Both the position numbers and the translations under genes were made by a program. The notes beneath the pieces were generated by a model. That model was not told where the DNA came from and did no database searches. It worked only from the letters and a program-made list of their open reading frames with translations. From Octopus bimaculoides (lineage: Eukaryota), in contig NC_068982.1 in assembly GCF_001194135.2 (NCBI RefSeq), positions 36,345,248-36,409,247 of the forward strand: a stretch of 64,000 bases of DNA, read 5' to 3'. Position 1 is the stretch's first letter, and every line of letters starts with the position of its first letter. This document shows positions 50,381 through 63,769 of the stretch, piece by piece.

Positions 50381-51074
50381 TGCAGATATTTAGCCAATAA
50401 GTTCCATACAGACAGATACAAACATGTTGCTTTTAACTTCCTGCAGAAACATTGGTTATATACCATGAATGTTAAGAAAGCATTATATGTGCAAATTTGT
50501 CAATCCAATTTACTTAAATGTTTAGTAATCATATGTTTATAAACGTTCCTTCCATTGGTATTAAATGAATGTATTCAGTTGCTAATGATATCCCAGGACA
50601 GGACTGAAACCAGCTGATCCCTCTTTTTATGAAGATATAACATGAAAATATAGTATGGAAAGAGAAGATATCCACATCTACCATTTATATAAAGTGTTGG
50701 CTTAAAATCTCTATGTATTTATCGAGTTAACTTAAAATACACACAGTATTGGCTTAAAATCTCTCTCTGTATATTTTATAGTACAATATAGTATTGAAAC
50801 AAAACATTGTTAATATATTTGTAATGTATTAATCACACAAGCTGCCAAACCTGCATCATATATGGATATTGTATACACAGACAATATGCTTAAATCTATC
50901 TAAAGACACACAGTGTTAGCTAAAAATCTCTGTGTGTATGTTCTATATTACAGTATTGCATTAAAATATTATGTTGAAGTTGGAAGCCTGGTGGGTTAAC
51001 ATGACATTAATTTGCTAGATTGGAATCTGTTTTATCAAAATATGAGTTGGTAGAACTCAGTGAATGTCTTGTTC

Positions 51075-51185
51075 TTTCAGATATATCCCAGGGCTCAGTA
51101 ATTTATGTTCTCTGTTAATGATCTAAGAGCTGTTGCTTTTGATGACATTAATTGCTATGCTGATGGCGTTAACCTACATCTTACT
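51075..51185 (+). mobile_element. LINE RT remnant (CR1/L2-like)
   Basis: [32 protein letters not shown] resembles PQGSVLGP..INDL...YADD. Confidence 0.55.
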
Positions 51186-52970
51186 CACATTTTTCCATCC
51201 ATCCATCCATCCATCCAACCATCCAACCAACCATCCAACCATCCATCCAACCATCCCTCTCCCCTCCTCCNNNNNNNNNNNNNNNNNNNNNNNNNNNNNN
51301 NNNNNNNNNNNNNNNNNNNNNNNNNNNNNNNNNNNNNNNNNNNNNNNNNNNNNNNNNNNNNNNNNNNNNNNNNNNNNNNNNNNNNNNNNNNNNNNNNNNN
51401 NNNNNNNNNNNNNNNNNNNNNNNNNNNNNNNNNNNNNNNNNNNNNNNNNNNNNNNNNNNNNNNNNNNNNNNNNNNNNNNNNNNNNNNNNNNNNNNNNNNN
51501 NNNNNNNNNNNNNNNNNNNNNNNNNNNNNNNNNNNNNNNNNNNNNNNNNNNNNNNNNNNNNNNNNNNNNNNNNNNNNNNNNNNNNNNNNNNNNNNNNNNN
51601 NNNNNNNNNNNNNNNNNNNNNNNNNNNNNNNNNNNNNNNNNNNNNNNNCCTCCCCCTCCTCCTAAGCATGCACACACGTGTGCATCCCTCACAACCCCCT
51701 CCCCTCACAAACTTAGTTATCTGGTATACAATAAACGCATGGTTTGAGCTTTGTGAGACGATTCATTCACTCATTTCTACCGTAGATTGTGTTTATAAAT
51801 GTGTTATATATAATTTTATATGTGAAAAAGAAAATTATTATTTATATTATAGTTGATGACTGTTCATATGAGATAGGGCTTTGTTCTATGTTATAAAAAT
51901 AGAAGAATTTCAAAATGACACTGGACTGTTTTACACAGTAGTCAGGTGAACTATTGCTGACATTTGACTGATATCTTGTGAGTATCTCAGAATATCTTAA
52001 GAGTAACTAAATGATGGCTGATAATAATAGAAATTTATTCAATAAAACGTTTGTGTTTTTTTTTTTAGAGTGTTTATTTTGTTCAACATTTCTTAGGTAG
52101 TTGTCATAATGGTTGTTGGCTTAATGGCATATGTTAGATTGATAGTTCAACTATCATGAGAAGATCTGGTCATTTTTATTTCAGCTGGATTTTAAAATAT
52201 GTTATATATAATTTTATAGATATGTAAAAATGCATAAAGAATTGCTGATCACTTAAAGTGGAAGAAAGTTGTAGAAGAGAGAGACTCAAGAACACATGAG
52301 ACAAAGTACTGAGGGCCAGTCTCAAATTACTGAACCTTACAAAGGAGCTGACAGAGGATTGAGATGTGTGGTGCATTGCCTGTACTTCAGAAGACCCACC
52401 CACCACAACAGAATTGAGAGCCTAAAACCAAAGTGCCATGTAAAAAGCATTGGTGCTGGTGCCACTTAAAAAGCACCTGTGATGGTGCCACATAAAAAAA
52501 AAACATCCAGTACATTCTGTGGAGTGGTTGGTATTTGGAAGGGATCCTGTTGTAGAAACCAAGCCAAAACAGACTATGGAACCTGGTGCAGCCAGTTCCA
52601 GTCAAGCCATCCAACCCATGGAAGATGGATGTTAAATGATGATGATATTTAACTTTATGTATGTATACAACATGTGTGTATGTGTATGTGTGTGTCTTTA
52701 GTGCCTTTAATTATTTCTGTATTATGGTTTCATGTGAGCATTTAAACACATTGAAAACTTCATTGAGCTTTTGCTAGAATTGGTTTCAACTATTGTGAGA
52801 GCCCACTGCAGATTGCTGATTCCAAATTTCTGAGAACATGTAGGAAACTATGAAATGCAAATAAATGAAGACATGATCATATCTATTGGTGTTCTACAGT
52901 AGTTTTCACAAGTGTATATTGACCATATTGATGCTTTACTCAGAACACATGCACACACATGCATGCAGAG

Positions 52971-53022
<52 letters not shown>

Positions 53023-53047
53023 ACATGCACATATTGTCATCATTATA

Positions 53048-53083
<36 letters not shown>

Positions 53084-53517
53084 TGTATGTATGTATATAA
53101 TCATCAACTTACTTTAATGTCCATCTTCCATACTGGCATGTGTCAGATGATCTGACAAGTTCTGATAGGTCAGACAATTGCAGTGTGCTCCAAAGTCTTC
53201 ATCATGCTCTACAGCAGTGCAGTGATGTCATCATTATGCCATATTCTTGCAGAGCTGAATAGAGGAAAGTGGGTGAGCGAATGAATGACAAGCAAACACT
53301 GAGGCCGTTTAAAGAATTTAACATATCGGAAGGGCCTCCTTTGACAGTTGACATGCCTTCTCCTTGATGTAGTGATTCAGCTGTACCTTACAAATCGAGT
53401 TGACTGGCATAAGTTACGATTAATACATTATACTCTATTTGTTCATATTTATTCTGTTATTTTGTTTGGGAAATACTTTTAGTTTACCACATTTATGCTG
53501 TTATCCAGAGGCCTTAG

Positions 53518-53696
53518 CACTAGTGTAGCTAGAGTGTGTGCTGCTTGGGGTGGCCCTTCTGTTTGCAGCTCCCAGACCTCACAAAAAACACATATTGCCT
53601 ACAGCAATAGCTTACAACAGGATGGAAAGTGTCCCTTTAAAAGTGCCACCTAGGGCGGACTGCCCCTACTGCTCTCCCCACCCAGCTATGCCAGTG
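53518..53696. mobile_element. Small MITE
   Basis: Imperfect TIRs cactagtgtagctag / ccagctatgccagtg (11/15 complementary). Confidence 0.5.
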
Positions 53697-54149
53697 GACC
53701 TCAGTGGCATATTCAGAGGGGCCCATTGGCATAGTTTTATTATATCTTGTGACTTGTGTAACTGTAGGTTTGATTGATACTAATCTTGTGTGACAACAGG
53801 TTTGATTATGCTGCCTATATGTGTGTAAAACATGTTCCATAGTATGTGTATCCAGTCAGATTAGAAATCCTTGTAAGAATAGATAGGTTTTCTAGATTTT
53901 TTCTTTCTAATAAAGATCCAATCTATATATTAAGCGTAAGTTGAATAGTATACTTACCTTCATGCAGTTCTTCCCTGATTTCCTATCATGTTATTTGTTA
54001 TGACTTATGAATACAGTAAATATACTTGCACAGCTTGTATACAATAATATCACAACTTTTTTGACAATTTCTAATAAATAATCCAGTACTGAATTGTAAT
54101 TTTTTGTTACACAGATCATTTGATGTCTAGCAATGTTCAAGTGACTAAA

Positions 54150-56802
54150 TCGTATTTAGAGGGCTGCGGGGTGATGCTGCTAAATTCAGCCCGCATGCAG
54201 GTCTGGGTACAGTTAGTTGACTGTGGTAATGTTTTCATTGTAGTTGTTATGTGTACATTGTGCATATAGAGTACATGTATTGCATGCATATAAGATTATG
54301 CATACACCAGATTGTTACCCCAAATTTGAACTCTTGCATATATCATTGCTTCTTGAAATAACTTAATGTAAGCATCAAATTATTTGTGGCCATAAAATTT
54401 CATGATTTGTTGCATGCTTTGTCTTTTCTTTGCTGATCTTTGTGCCACACCCATCCTACCATTTTGCAGGAATAGCAAACTATTTTTATTTACCTTAATT
54501 AAAAGACTAATAAAAAGTAAAGTGGTTTGATCAAACTTTTTTTTCTGCCCTTTATACATTGTGTGGAATGTCAGGACCAGTAGTTAAGGAATGATGTCAT
54601 TCAACTGAAGGGGTTATTAGAGAGCTTCAAAAATATTAGACTGAAAAGTTTGGTATGATTAAGAAAAACAATAAAGCATTATGTATTTTCTGTTCCAAAA
54701 CTATTGTTTGTAGAGGCATTTTGAGAGTGTTCATAAGAACTTAAGCAATAAAACTGAAGAGGAACAAAGAGAATTAATTTCTTGTGAACTTAGCAAAACA
54801 AAAAAAAAAACAGGCTGATACTTTTATAAGCTTTATCTTGGGCAAGCCCAGTTCCAACTTAGTTGCTGCTAGTTTGGAGGATTCAAAAGTTATTGGACAA
54901 CATAGAAAGCCACTCAGTGATGGGGATTATATTAAAGAAGCTTGGCTAGAATGTGCACCTTTCCTTTTTGACAATTTTTCAGAAAAGGAAAAGATTATTC
55001 AGCACATTAAAGAATTGTCTGTGAGTGGGAAAACAGTTAAGGATAGAATACTTAAGTTGGAGAAGAATACTTCTGAACAATTGACAAAAGATTTGTCTTC
55101 ATGTAAGTTTTTTTTTCTATTTGTATTGATGAAAGTACGGACATTACACCATCAGCTAGGTTAGCCATTTTTCTTGATTTTGTAAAGGTGATGAAATATG
55201 TGAAAAGTGGTTGCCCTTCTAACACTGCCTGAGCATACTACTGGGGCTGAAATATGTAAAGCAGCTGTGAACGAATTCTCTTCTCAACAAATTGACATTT
55301 CAAAAGTAATATCTGTCACAACAGATGGTGCCCTCAGCATGACTGGTGAGAAAGCAGGATTTGTAAATCTGTTTGCAAAAGAAGTTGGTCATACACTGAT
55401 AGGTTTTCATTGAATCATACATAAGGAGGTTTTATGAGCAAAAGCTGGCCTGAAGGAACTTCAGGAAGTGATGTAAACTGTTACTAAGGGTGTTAATTAC
55501 ATTACTGTTCAGGCTTTAAGAAAGAGACAACTTCAAGTTTTACTGAATGTTTTACTGTGTATAAAGGACTGAAAATGTACAACATTTGATGGCTTAGCTG
55601 AGGTTTGAAATGATTTGTTGAATGCTTAAATGAGATAAAGCTCTTTTTGAATGACCAACATGTTTCTTATCAAGAATTGTCTGACATCATGTGGATTTGT
55701 AAACTGGTGTTTTTTGCAGATTTTTGTGAATGTTTAAATGACTTGAACATTAAATTACAGGGCTCTGCTAAGATACTTGATGTTATGTTTGGTTACAAAA
55801 AGGCTTTTCAAATGAAACTAGAGGTTTTAAAGAGGGATGTGGACAATGTGAGATTCAGATACTTCCCAAACCTAAAGAGGTACATTAATGATCTCTCAAA
55901 AGATGACAGAACAGAGCGCCAATGTCTTCAAAAGCTGTTTATAAACATTATCGAGTCAATTGTTGAGCAGTTTTTTTACAAGGTTAGCTAAATTCAGGGA
56001 AATGGAAGAGACAGCAAAATTCATGAAGTTTCCAGACATTATCAAACTGGAAGAACTAAACTTACAAATGTTTTCATGGATATACATGGTTGATTGATTT
56101 TGAAATGCAGTTGATTGAATTTCAAAGTAGCTCAATTTGGAAGCAAGAATTTATTAACCTTAGAGTTGACTTAGAAAATGCTGAAAAAAAGTGATTAGAG
56201 ACAGGTATACCAGGAGTGTAGAAAACAAATTATTAAGGACTTGAAATGCCATTCCAGAAAATTTTTCCACTTTAAAAAAATTTGCAACAGCACTAATATG
56301 CATGTTTTCGTCAACATTTGCCTGTGAATCCTTGTTCTTAGTGATGAACTTTGTTAAGTTTTGTAATAGTAGTAACTTGATGGATGAAACTAGTAGTGCA
56401 TGCATATCTCTGAAGGTTACAAAATATAAACCCAATACAAAATCTGTGTCATCAGTGATGCAGCAGCAGAAGTCCCACTGATAATACTGTGTATACATGT
56501 ATGTCGAAAGGAGTCAGCAAGTTTTCTGTCAAACTGATATTTCATCTGACTGATCTTTTCTTTTGAAAGTGGCAAAGGTTTATTGTTGTTTAGATGTAAC
56601 TTTGAAGGTGAATAAATACATTTTCCATCATTATATACTGTGCTTTTTATCATTTATTAAAAAAGTTATTAACATACACTTTCTTAAGAGATATCAAGTA
56701 GCCTAATATTTTCTCAAAAACTTTGGTTGGCATATGGAAGAATTTTGTGTCAGAGATTTTGCCAGTTTTGGCATGCACTCTCAAAAAGGTTGTCCATACC
56801 TG
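54150..56802 (+). mobile_element. hAT (Charlie/SPIN, GTF2IRD2/ZBED8-like) transposon fossil
   Basis: BED-like ALCIFCSKTIV..HFESVHK, KPLSDGDYIKEAWLECA, CIDESTDI (shifted frame), VTTDGALSMTGEKAGFV, KLVFFADFCECLNDLNIKLQG, and FSSTFACESLF..QQQKSH* (dimerisation domain, ends ~56480). Right TIR ggttgtccatacctg ends at 56802, followed by gcctagtg; left end approximate. Confidence 0.9.
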
Positions 56803-57039
56803 GCCTAGTGCATGGAGAAAGTGAGAAATGTTTGATGGTGGAAAAGGAGAGATAATTTGGTGGCAGAGAAGAGTGATCAATGTAAAATGTGAGTGGAGAG
56901 AGATAGCTGGATAACAAGTAAAACAGTTCCTAGTAGTGAGAAAGATGAGTGGTATTTGGGGAAAAACGGTTAAGTATACAGTTCTGTAAACATTTAATTA
57001 CAACATCAGAATACTGCAGTTTGGCAGGTGATGGAGGTG

Positions 57040-57500
57040 TCAGTGATAGAGAGATGCACTTTGTTGTCCATGCACACTCACAGTGTACATCTAGTGGAGC
57101 ATGCTAGCTTCATTTCTTTCCAATCTTCTGAAGTCCACTGCATTCAAGGATCATGTATCAGTATCACTACCATGCAACATTACAGTTCTAAAACAAGCCT
57201 CATACAATCTACTCTTCACTCTGAAGTAAAAGACCTTTGTTGTCAGCAACAGTAGAATCTTTCTGAACTTTTCCCAATCAGCATCTTAACACTTGTTGTG
57301 GTCCTTTGTCATCCAACAAACACAGCTACAGGAAAAACTGTCCCTCTCTCATGCTGTGTATGTCTTGCTTATTATGGCTTGGCCCTTACATCTGAATGCC
57401 CTTCTTATACTCAGTTACTTTACAACATTGACTGGGTACATTTCATCATGCCACTAATGCAAAAGAAGTTGTCTGTGTATCTCTCTACTTGGCATTAGCT
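57040..57500 (-). mobile_element. Decayed RTE ORF2 fragment
   Basis: WEKFRKILLLLTTKVFYFRVKSRLYEACFRTVMLHGSDT...FRRLERNEASMLH*MYTVSVHGQQS. Confidence 0.8.
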
Positions 57501-58599
57501 TTTTATTCAGAGTTACTGCTTTCCCAGATGGGATGCCTATGTGTAGCTTGTGAAGCTCATATCTCATATTTTCATTCCTTAATTTTGTTTTTCTGCTTGG
57601 GTTTTACAACCAGATCACTTCTTTTCCTTTAAGGCTGATACATACATATGCACACCATATTTATGTGTGTACTATGCGATTGTGTAAATAATATGATTTC
57701 CAACCATTTAAATGTTGGAGAAGTAGGTGAAAGAATGTTACCCTCATGCATAAAATGTCCCTTGATTTGTTGTGTTTGTTTTAGACCTGGAAGTGGTTCC
57801 TTTTTTAATAGCATTGAATACATCTATCTGTTTTACTTGTACTGGCCTAGTTTTGTTGTATTAATTAATAGAAGTCAGATACCCATAAATTTACAGAACA
57901 AATATCTAATTCCAAGAAAATGATAACCAATAGTAGCATATAGGTTCCAATTCAAATGGTAAATAAAACTTTATTAAAATAAATTAATATGTATTTTAAA
58001 AAATTATTATTGATCTATTTGAGCATTTAAGCAGCAGAGCAGTTTAATCTGGAAAATATCAAAGATCATTAATGCTGGTCAAACAAAATTTGCAAATATC
58101 AAACTCATGTATAATGCAATACACCCAGCTTTGATCTTTAATTCTGGAATAAAATTGTTCACACTTTATACTGAACTACAACAGTCACTTGAAATCAAGG
58201 ATGATTTGGTATCAGTATGAACCATGCTTTTCCTAATGTAGCAGCAAACAAACACATGCATGTCATTGACTCTTTCACCTTTGACATTGTGGAACATTCA
58301 AAATGTGACAGCTGGAATGAGAGATGAATGTGCCAACATCAGGCTGATACTTTACTGACCTCAGAAGGATGGAAGGCAAAGTTGATTTTCTAATAAGATC
58401 AAAACACAAACAACTAGAACAATTTCTTTTACAATTGCAGGTTGCCACCCCATTCTCTCATTACCTTCACCTCATACAATCTTGAAAACCCCACCACCAC
58501 TCGCTTCTATTCACCTTGTGCCTTGAGGGGCAATCTGGACATCTCACTGCAGCTCCTAAGCCATACAGCCTTTCTACAAGACGTTGCTCTGTCTCCATC

Positions 58600-59332
58600 C
58601 TTCTCTCACACTTTATGTAACAACAGTAAAAATCAACGAGCCACAATCTCCGCTGGTTTGCTTGCTCATCACCGCTCAGCTCATGGACGCAAGCAATGAT
58701 TTCTTTACCGAATCATTACTTGTGACGAAAAATAGTGCTTGTACATCAATATGAAGCAGTGTAAGGAATGGCTTAGCCCTGGTAAACAAGCGACACCGCG
58801 CATGAAACAAGATCTTCATTCACGTAAAACGATGTTGTGCGTATGATGGGACTAGGAAAGGGTTATCCATTACGAATTGCTTGAACGGAACCAAGAGGTC
58901 AATGTGGAACTCTATGTTAAACAGATGGAACGACTCAACATCAAAAGATCTAATCGGCAGCATGGAGTTCTTCTGCTGCACGACAACACACGCCCTCATA
59001 TCATCGATATGACCAAGGAAGCCATTCAAACGCATGACTGGGAAGTGCTGCAACACCCGCCGTACTCTCCTCATTTGGCACTCACGGATTTCCACCTCTT
59101 TCAATCTCTTTCAAATGCTATGAGCGGAATTGAGAGCTTGGTTGGATCAATTTTTCGAGTCGAAATCGGATGATTTCTACCAATGAGGTATTGAAAATCT
59201 TGTTGAACATTGGGAAGAATTGTAAACAACAAGGGTGAATACATTATTGATTAATTAATTGTTATTTTTTATTAAACCTTTTAAAATTTAAAATTTAAAA
59301 AAACGGCAGGAACTTAGTTGCCAACTCAATAT
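58600..59332 (+). mobile_element. Mariner transposon 3' half
   Basis: RIITCDEK, KTMLCV.WD, IHYELLERNQEVNVELYVKQM, LLLHDNTRPH, HPPYSPHLALTDFHLFQSL; right TIR ...aacttagttgccaactcaata followed by TA. Confidence 0.92.
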
Positions 59333-60454
59333 ATATATGACATTTACCACGTGAACTATGATGAAAAAAATATGAGAAAGATAGGGTATATCATTTTTTT
59401 GAACATGGGTTCCTTGAGATATGTAATTTATCTTAAGGGTTCCGCAAGGGTAGAAAGGTTGAGAAACTGATCTAGACTAATACTTTGAACACAATGATAT
59501 CCCTGAAGATAATTCCCCTGAAAATGGCATCCAAAGCAGCTGACATTTTTGTTAATTTGAGTGTGCAACATGAATTCAACTTTTGTACTCAAAACAGAAT
59601 CTCAAAGAAAATACTTCATACATTTCCATAATCAAGTAGAAGAAAGTGTTGGAAATATAACAAAATCCTTGCTACAAACATGAGGTAATTTTTGAACATG
59701 AGAATGGCATATATGAAAAAAGTAGGTCAAATGGTAAACTGTAGTGAATTGAAGAGAATATCTGCAATATTTCATTTGGTTAAAATGAAATTTTAACCAA
59801 ATTAAATTACTGTAACAAAAGAGGAAGAAGACAGAAAAAAAAAAACTGACTTTCAAAATTGATTTAAAACATTACTTTTGTCTGATTATAACTACAGGGT
59901 TAGTTTCTGCAGAAGAGAAATAGAATTTTACAAGAGAATATTCAAATATCTCAAATATTGTAACATTGAAACAAACCATTCTCTTTATAATTAATTTTTC
60001 TTGCAACATGTTATAAACTCAAATATGAATTAGAAGCAGTGCTAGTGTTATTGAGTATGTATGTTTGATAATGTTATAAGCAAAATAAATAATTTTACAG
60101 CTTGTAACATTTATGAAAAAAAGCACCATGGCTTAAATTCTATTCAGAACACTATAACATACCATAAGGTTAAGCTGAACATTGTTTTACAAAATTAATG
60201 CACTTGTTTAAGTGACAGGTGATAATAAAAATTGTTATGAACAGAGCAGTAAATATTAAACAGAGAAACATATTAAAAATATTTATTTATAGCACAAAAT
60301 GTTAGAAACCTAGTATTTTATGCACACATTCTCACACACACACATTCACTCTTTCACACACATTCACTCTCTCACACATACACATTTCATTAAAGACATG
60401 ACTATGTTCCACTTATATCTTTTGTTACAGATTTTTCATATTTTTGCACATGAA

Positions 60455-60687
60455 AGATGTGGCTGTGTGATAAGAAGCTTGCTTCCCCTCTCTGATGTTT
60501 GTCCCCTCTCTGTAACGCCTCCAATGGCGAATTTTAAGGAAATAAAGAAGCTTGCTTCCCAACTACATGGTTCCAGGTTCAGTTCCACAGTATAGCATCT
60601 TGGGCAAGCGCTTTCTACTATAGTCTTGGGCTGACTAAAGCCTTGTGAATGGATCTAGTAGACGAAAACTGAAAGAAGCCTGTCATA

Positions 60688-60720
<33 letters not shown>

Positions 60721-60949
60721 NNNNNNNNNNNNNNNNNNNNNNNNNNNNNNNNNNNNNNNNNNNNNNNNNNNNNNNNNNNNNNNNNNNNNNNNNNNNNNNN
60801 NNNNNNNNNNNNNNNNNNNNNNNNNNNNNNNNNNNNNNNNNNNNNNNNNNNNNNNNNNNNNNNNNNNNNNNNNNNNNNNNNNNNNNNNNNNNNNNNNNNN
60901 NNNNNNNNNNNNNNNNNNNNNNNNNNNNNNNNNNNNNNNNNNNNNNNNN

Positions 60950-60989
<40 letters not shown>

Positions 60990-61250
60990 TGTATGTATGT
61001 ATGTATGTATGTATGTATGTATGTATTTATGTGTGTGTGTGTGTATTTGTGTCTGTGTTTGTCTTTGTGTCTGCTTTATAACTGGTGACGGCATCTTTAC
61101 ATTCCAATATTTTAGTGGTTTGGCAAAAGTGACCAATAGAATAAGTACCAGGCTTAATGAATAAGTATCGTGATTGATTCATTCAGCAAAAAATTCTCCA
61201 AGGTGGTGCCCCAACATATCTGCAGTCTAATGATTAAAACAAGCAAAAGC
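60455..61250 (+). mobile_element. Family B SINE with internal microsatellite/gap and a nested 57-bp insertion
   Basis: Same head and tail modules as 44162-44625; 16-bp TSD at 60472-60487 and 60545-60560. Confidence 0.8.
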
Positions 61251-61934
61251 TAAAACAAAAAAATTAGTTTCTTGCAGTTAGAGTGGAACAATAAAGTTCC
61301 TAAATTCATATTTAGCATTTCCAGACCTCCACACTTTTATTTTCAAGAATTGAAATAAATTTGGCATTTGTATTGTTTCTTATGTGCTGTAGACTTTTCC
61401 ATCAAAAGTGTTTTCTTTTTGACTGTTGGGCTTCCATATGTTAAATTATTTTGTTGTAGTTAAAAGCCTACAATAATTCAACCAGTAATATAAGAAGCAA
61501 TGCAGATGCCAAATCTATTTTAATTTTTGAAAATGAGATGATATTGTCTGGAAATGTTGAATATGGATTTAGGGATTGTATTATTCCAAAGTGAATGCAA
61601 GAAACTCATATGAAAAATCTGTTACAGATAAAATATAACTGGAAAGTAGTTGTTACTTTAATATATAAATACACACACACACACACACACATGCACATAT
61701 TGTCAGTAGTTCATATAGCTGAAAAAAAAAAGCACATTCTAAAGCATTAGAGCAGTAATATATTTTAAGAAGTCAAAAGTTATGCCTGATCACAGAATGA
61801 CCATTGGTTTTGCATCTTTAAAGCACTCACCAGGATATGCAACTCATCAGACTCAAATGTATATGCGAGAATTTACGAAAAAACAACAGATGAAGACAGG
61901 TGGTGTAAACAGATGAAGACAGGTGGATGTATTA

Positions 61935-62070
61935 GTTTAACGCTCGGGAATAGAGAATGTCTTTGACGTTTCCAGCCTACGCTCTTCAACTGAAAGGAAC
62001 ACAAAAAGAAATAAGGAGAGAAACAAGGAGAAAAAAAATATAAATGTAGTAGTCAGCGATCTATCATGGC
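61935..62070 (-). mobile_element. Probable Penelope-like element terminal remnant with a degenerate hammerhead-like fold
   Basis: Minus strand reads cttt-CAGTTGA-A-GAGC-gtag-GCTG-GAAAC-GTC-aaag (61996-61961). No RT or GIY-YIG coding sequence is visible, and the element runs into an N gap. Confidence 0.45.
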
Positions 62071-62479
62071 AAAATATATATATATATATATANNNNNNNN
62101 NNNNNNNNNNNNNNNNNNNNNNNNNNNNNNNNNNNNNNNNNNNNNNNNNNNNNNNNNNNNNNNNNNNNNNNNNNNNNNNNNNNNNNNNNNNNNNNNNNNN
62201 NNNNNNNNNNNNNNNNNNNNNNNNNNNNNNNNNNNNNNNNNNNNNNNNNNNNNNNNNNNNNNNNNNNNNNNNNNNNNNNNNNNNNNNNNNNNNNNNNNNN
62301 NNNNNNNNNNNNNNNNNNNNNNNNNNNNNNNNNNNNNNNNNNNNNNNNNNNNNNNNNNNNNNNNNNNNNNNNNNNNNNNNNNNNNNNNNNNNNNNNNNNN
62401 NNNNNNNNNNNNNNNNNNNNNNNNNNCATCTCATGAATAATGCTGTTTTTTTCAATTGCATGAAATTAAAGTCAGAGGG

Positions 62480-63258
62480 GGAGGGTTTAAGTTACCTGCA
62501 TCAACTTGCTAAAGAAGCAGGTAGTAATTTTACCTTGTACTTATTATTAGTGCAAGATTTGAAGAGTGCAGTTTGATTTTAACAGTTATTTTTTTCAAAA
62601 CTATTGTGGAAGTGACAAAGGAGCATATTCGGCATATTTTGTTTTATGAGTTCAATAAAGGCAACAATTCAATGGAAAGTGCGAGGAATATTAATGCAGT
62701 ATATGGAGATCAGACAATAAGTGTAAGCCAGTGTCAACAGTGGTTCCAGAAATTCCAAGCCAGAAACTACAGCCTAGACGATGAGCCTCATCCTGGAAGA
62801 TCTGTAGAGCTCAATGAGGATGTCTTGCAAACCCTGGTGGAACAAAATACCATCGTAGCTGTTGAGGAACTAGCAGAGAAGCTTGGATTTGGTCATTTAA
62901 CCATTCATCAACATCTGCATGCCATGAGAAAAATCAGCAAATTGGGTCAATGATTTCCTCACAAACTTTCCAAGTCTAATATTTGGCCACATACAATGAG
63001 AATGACATTCCAAAGGCTGGAGTAGTTTGAATGGGAAACGATGTCACCCACCACCATATTTGCTGGACATTGTCCCATCTGATTATCATTTATTCTGCAA
63101 TCTTCAAAATCATTTGGACAGAAAAAATATGAATTCTGTAGACAAGGTGAGAACAATACTGGAGGAGTATTTTTTTGTCACGGGCAAGTGAATTTTGGAT
63201 AGGGTCCGTGCAAGTCTACCAGATAGATGGAAGAGCATTGTAGAAAAGGAAGGAGAGT
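62480..63258 (+). mobile_element. Internally deleted mariner
   Basis: KEHIRHILFYEFNKG...QCQQWFQKFQARNYSLDDEPHPGR...KISKLGQ*FPHKLS (HTH) joined to HPPYLLDIVPSDYHLFCNLQNHL; most of the catalytic domain is missing. Confidence 0.88.
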
Positions 63259-63274
63259 NNNNNNNNNNTATATA

Positions 63275-63505
63275 TCATCATCATCATCATCATCGTCATT
63301 TAACGTCCGCCTACCATGCTAGCATGGGTTGGACAATTTCACTGAGGACTGGCGAACCAGAAGGCTGCACCAGGCTCCAATCTGATCTGGCAGAGTTTCT
63401 ACAGCTGGATGCCCTTCCTAACGCCAACCACTCCGAGAGTGTAGTGGTTGCTTTTATGTGCCACTGGCACGAGAGCCAGTCAGGCGGTACTGGCAACGGC
63501 CATGT
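63275..63505 (-). mobile_element. RTE 3' end (sibling subfamily)
   Basis: (CAT)n followed by the reverse complement of the RTE tail module. Confidence 0.8.
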
Positions 63506-63769
63506 ACATATACATACATATATATACATACATACATACATACATACATACATAACATTCATACATATATAACAAATGATGGAGATGGAAAATGGAATAT
63601 ATGAAAAACTTTATTGCTTACAACAATTGTTTTGACCCATCCTGCAGTGATCTCTTGTGGTGCATCACTTGGTGTAGAAGTGTCTTATCAGGTGATGTTA
63701 TGAGGGACATCTCATTAAATAAATCTTGTTTGTATGTGTATATGTGGGAGAAGGTGTATATGTGTGAAT

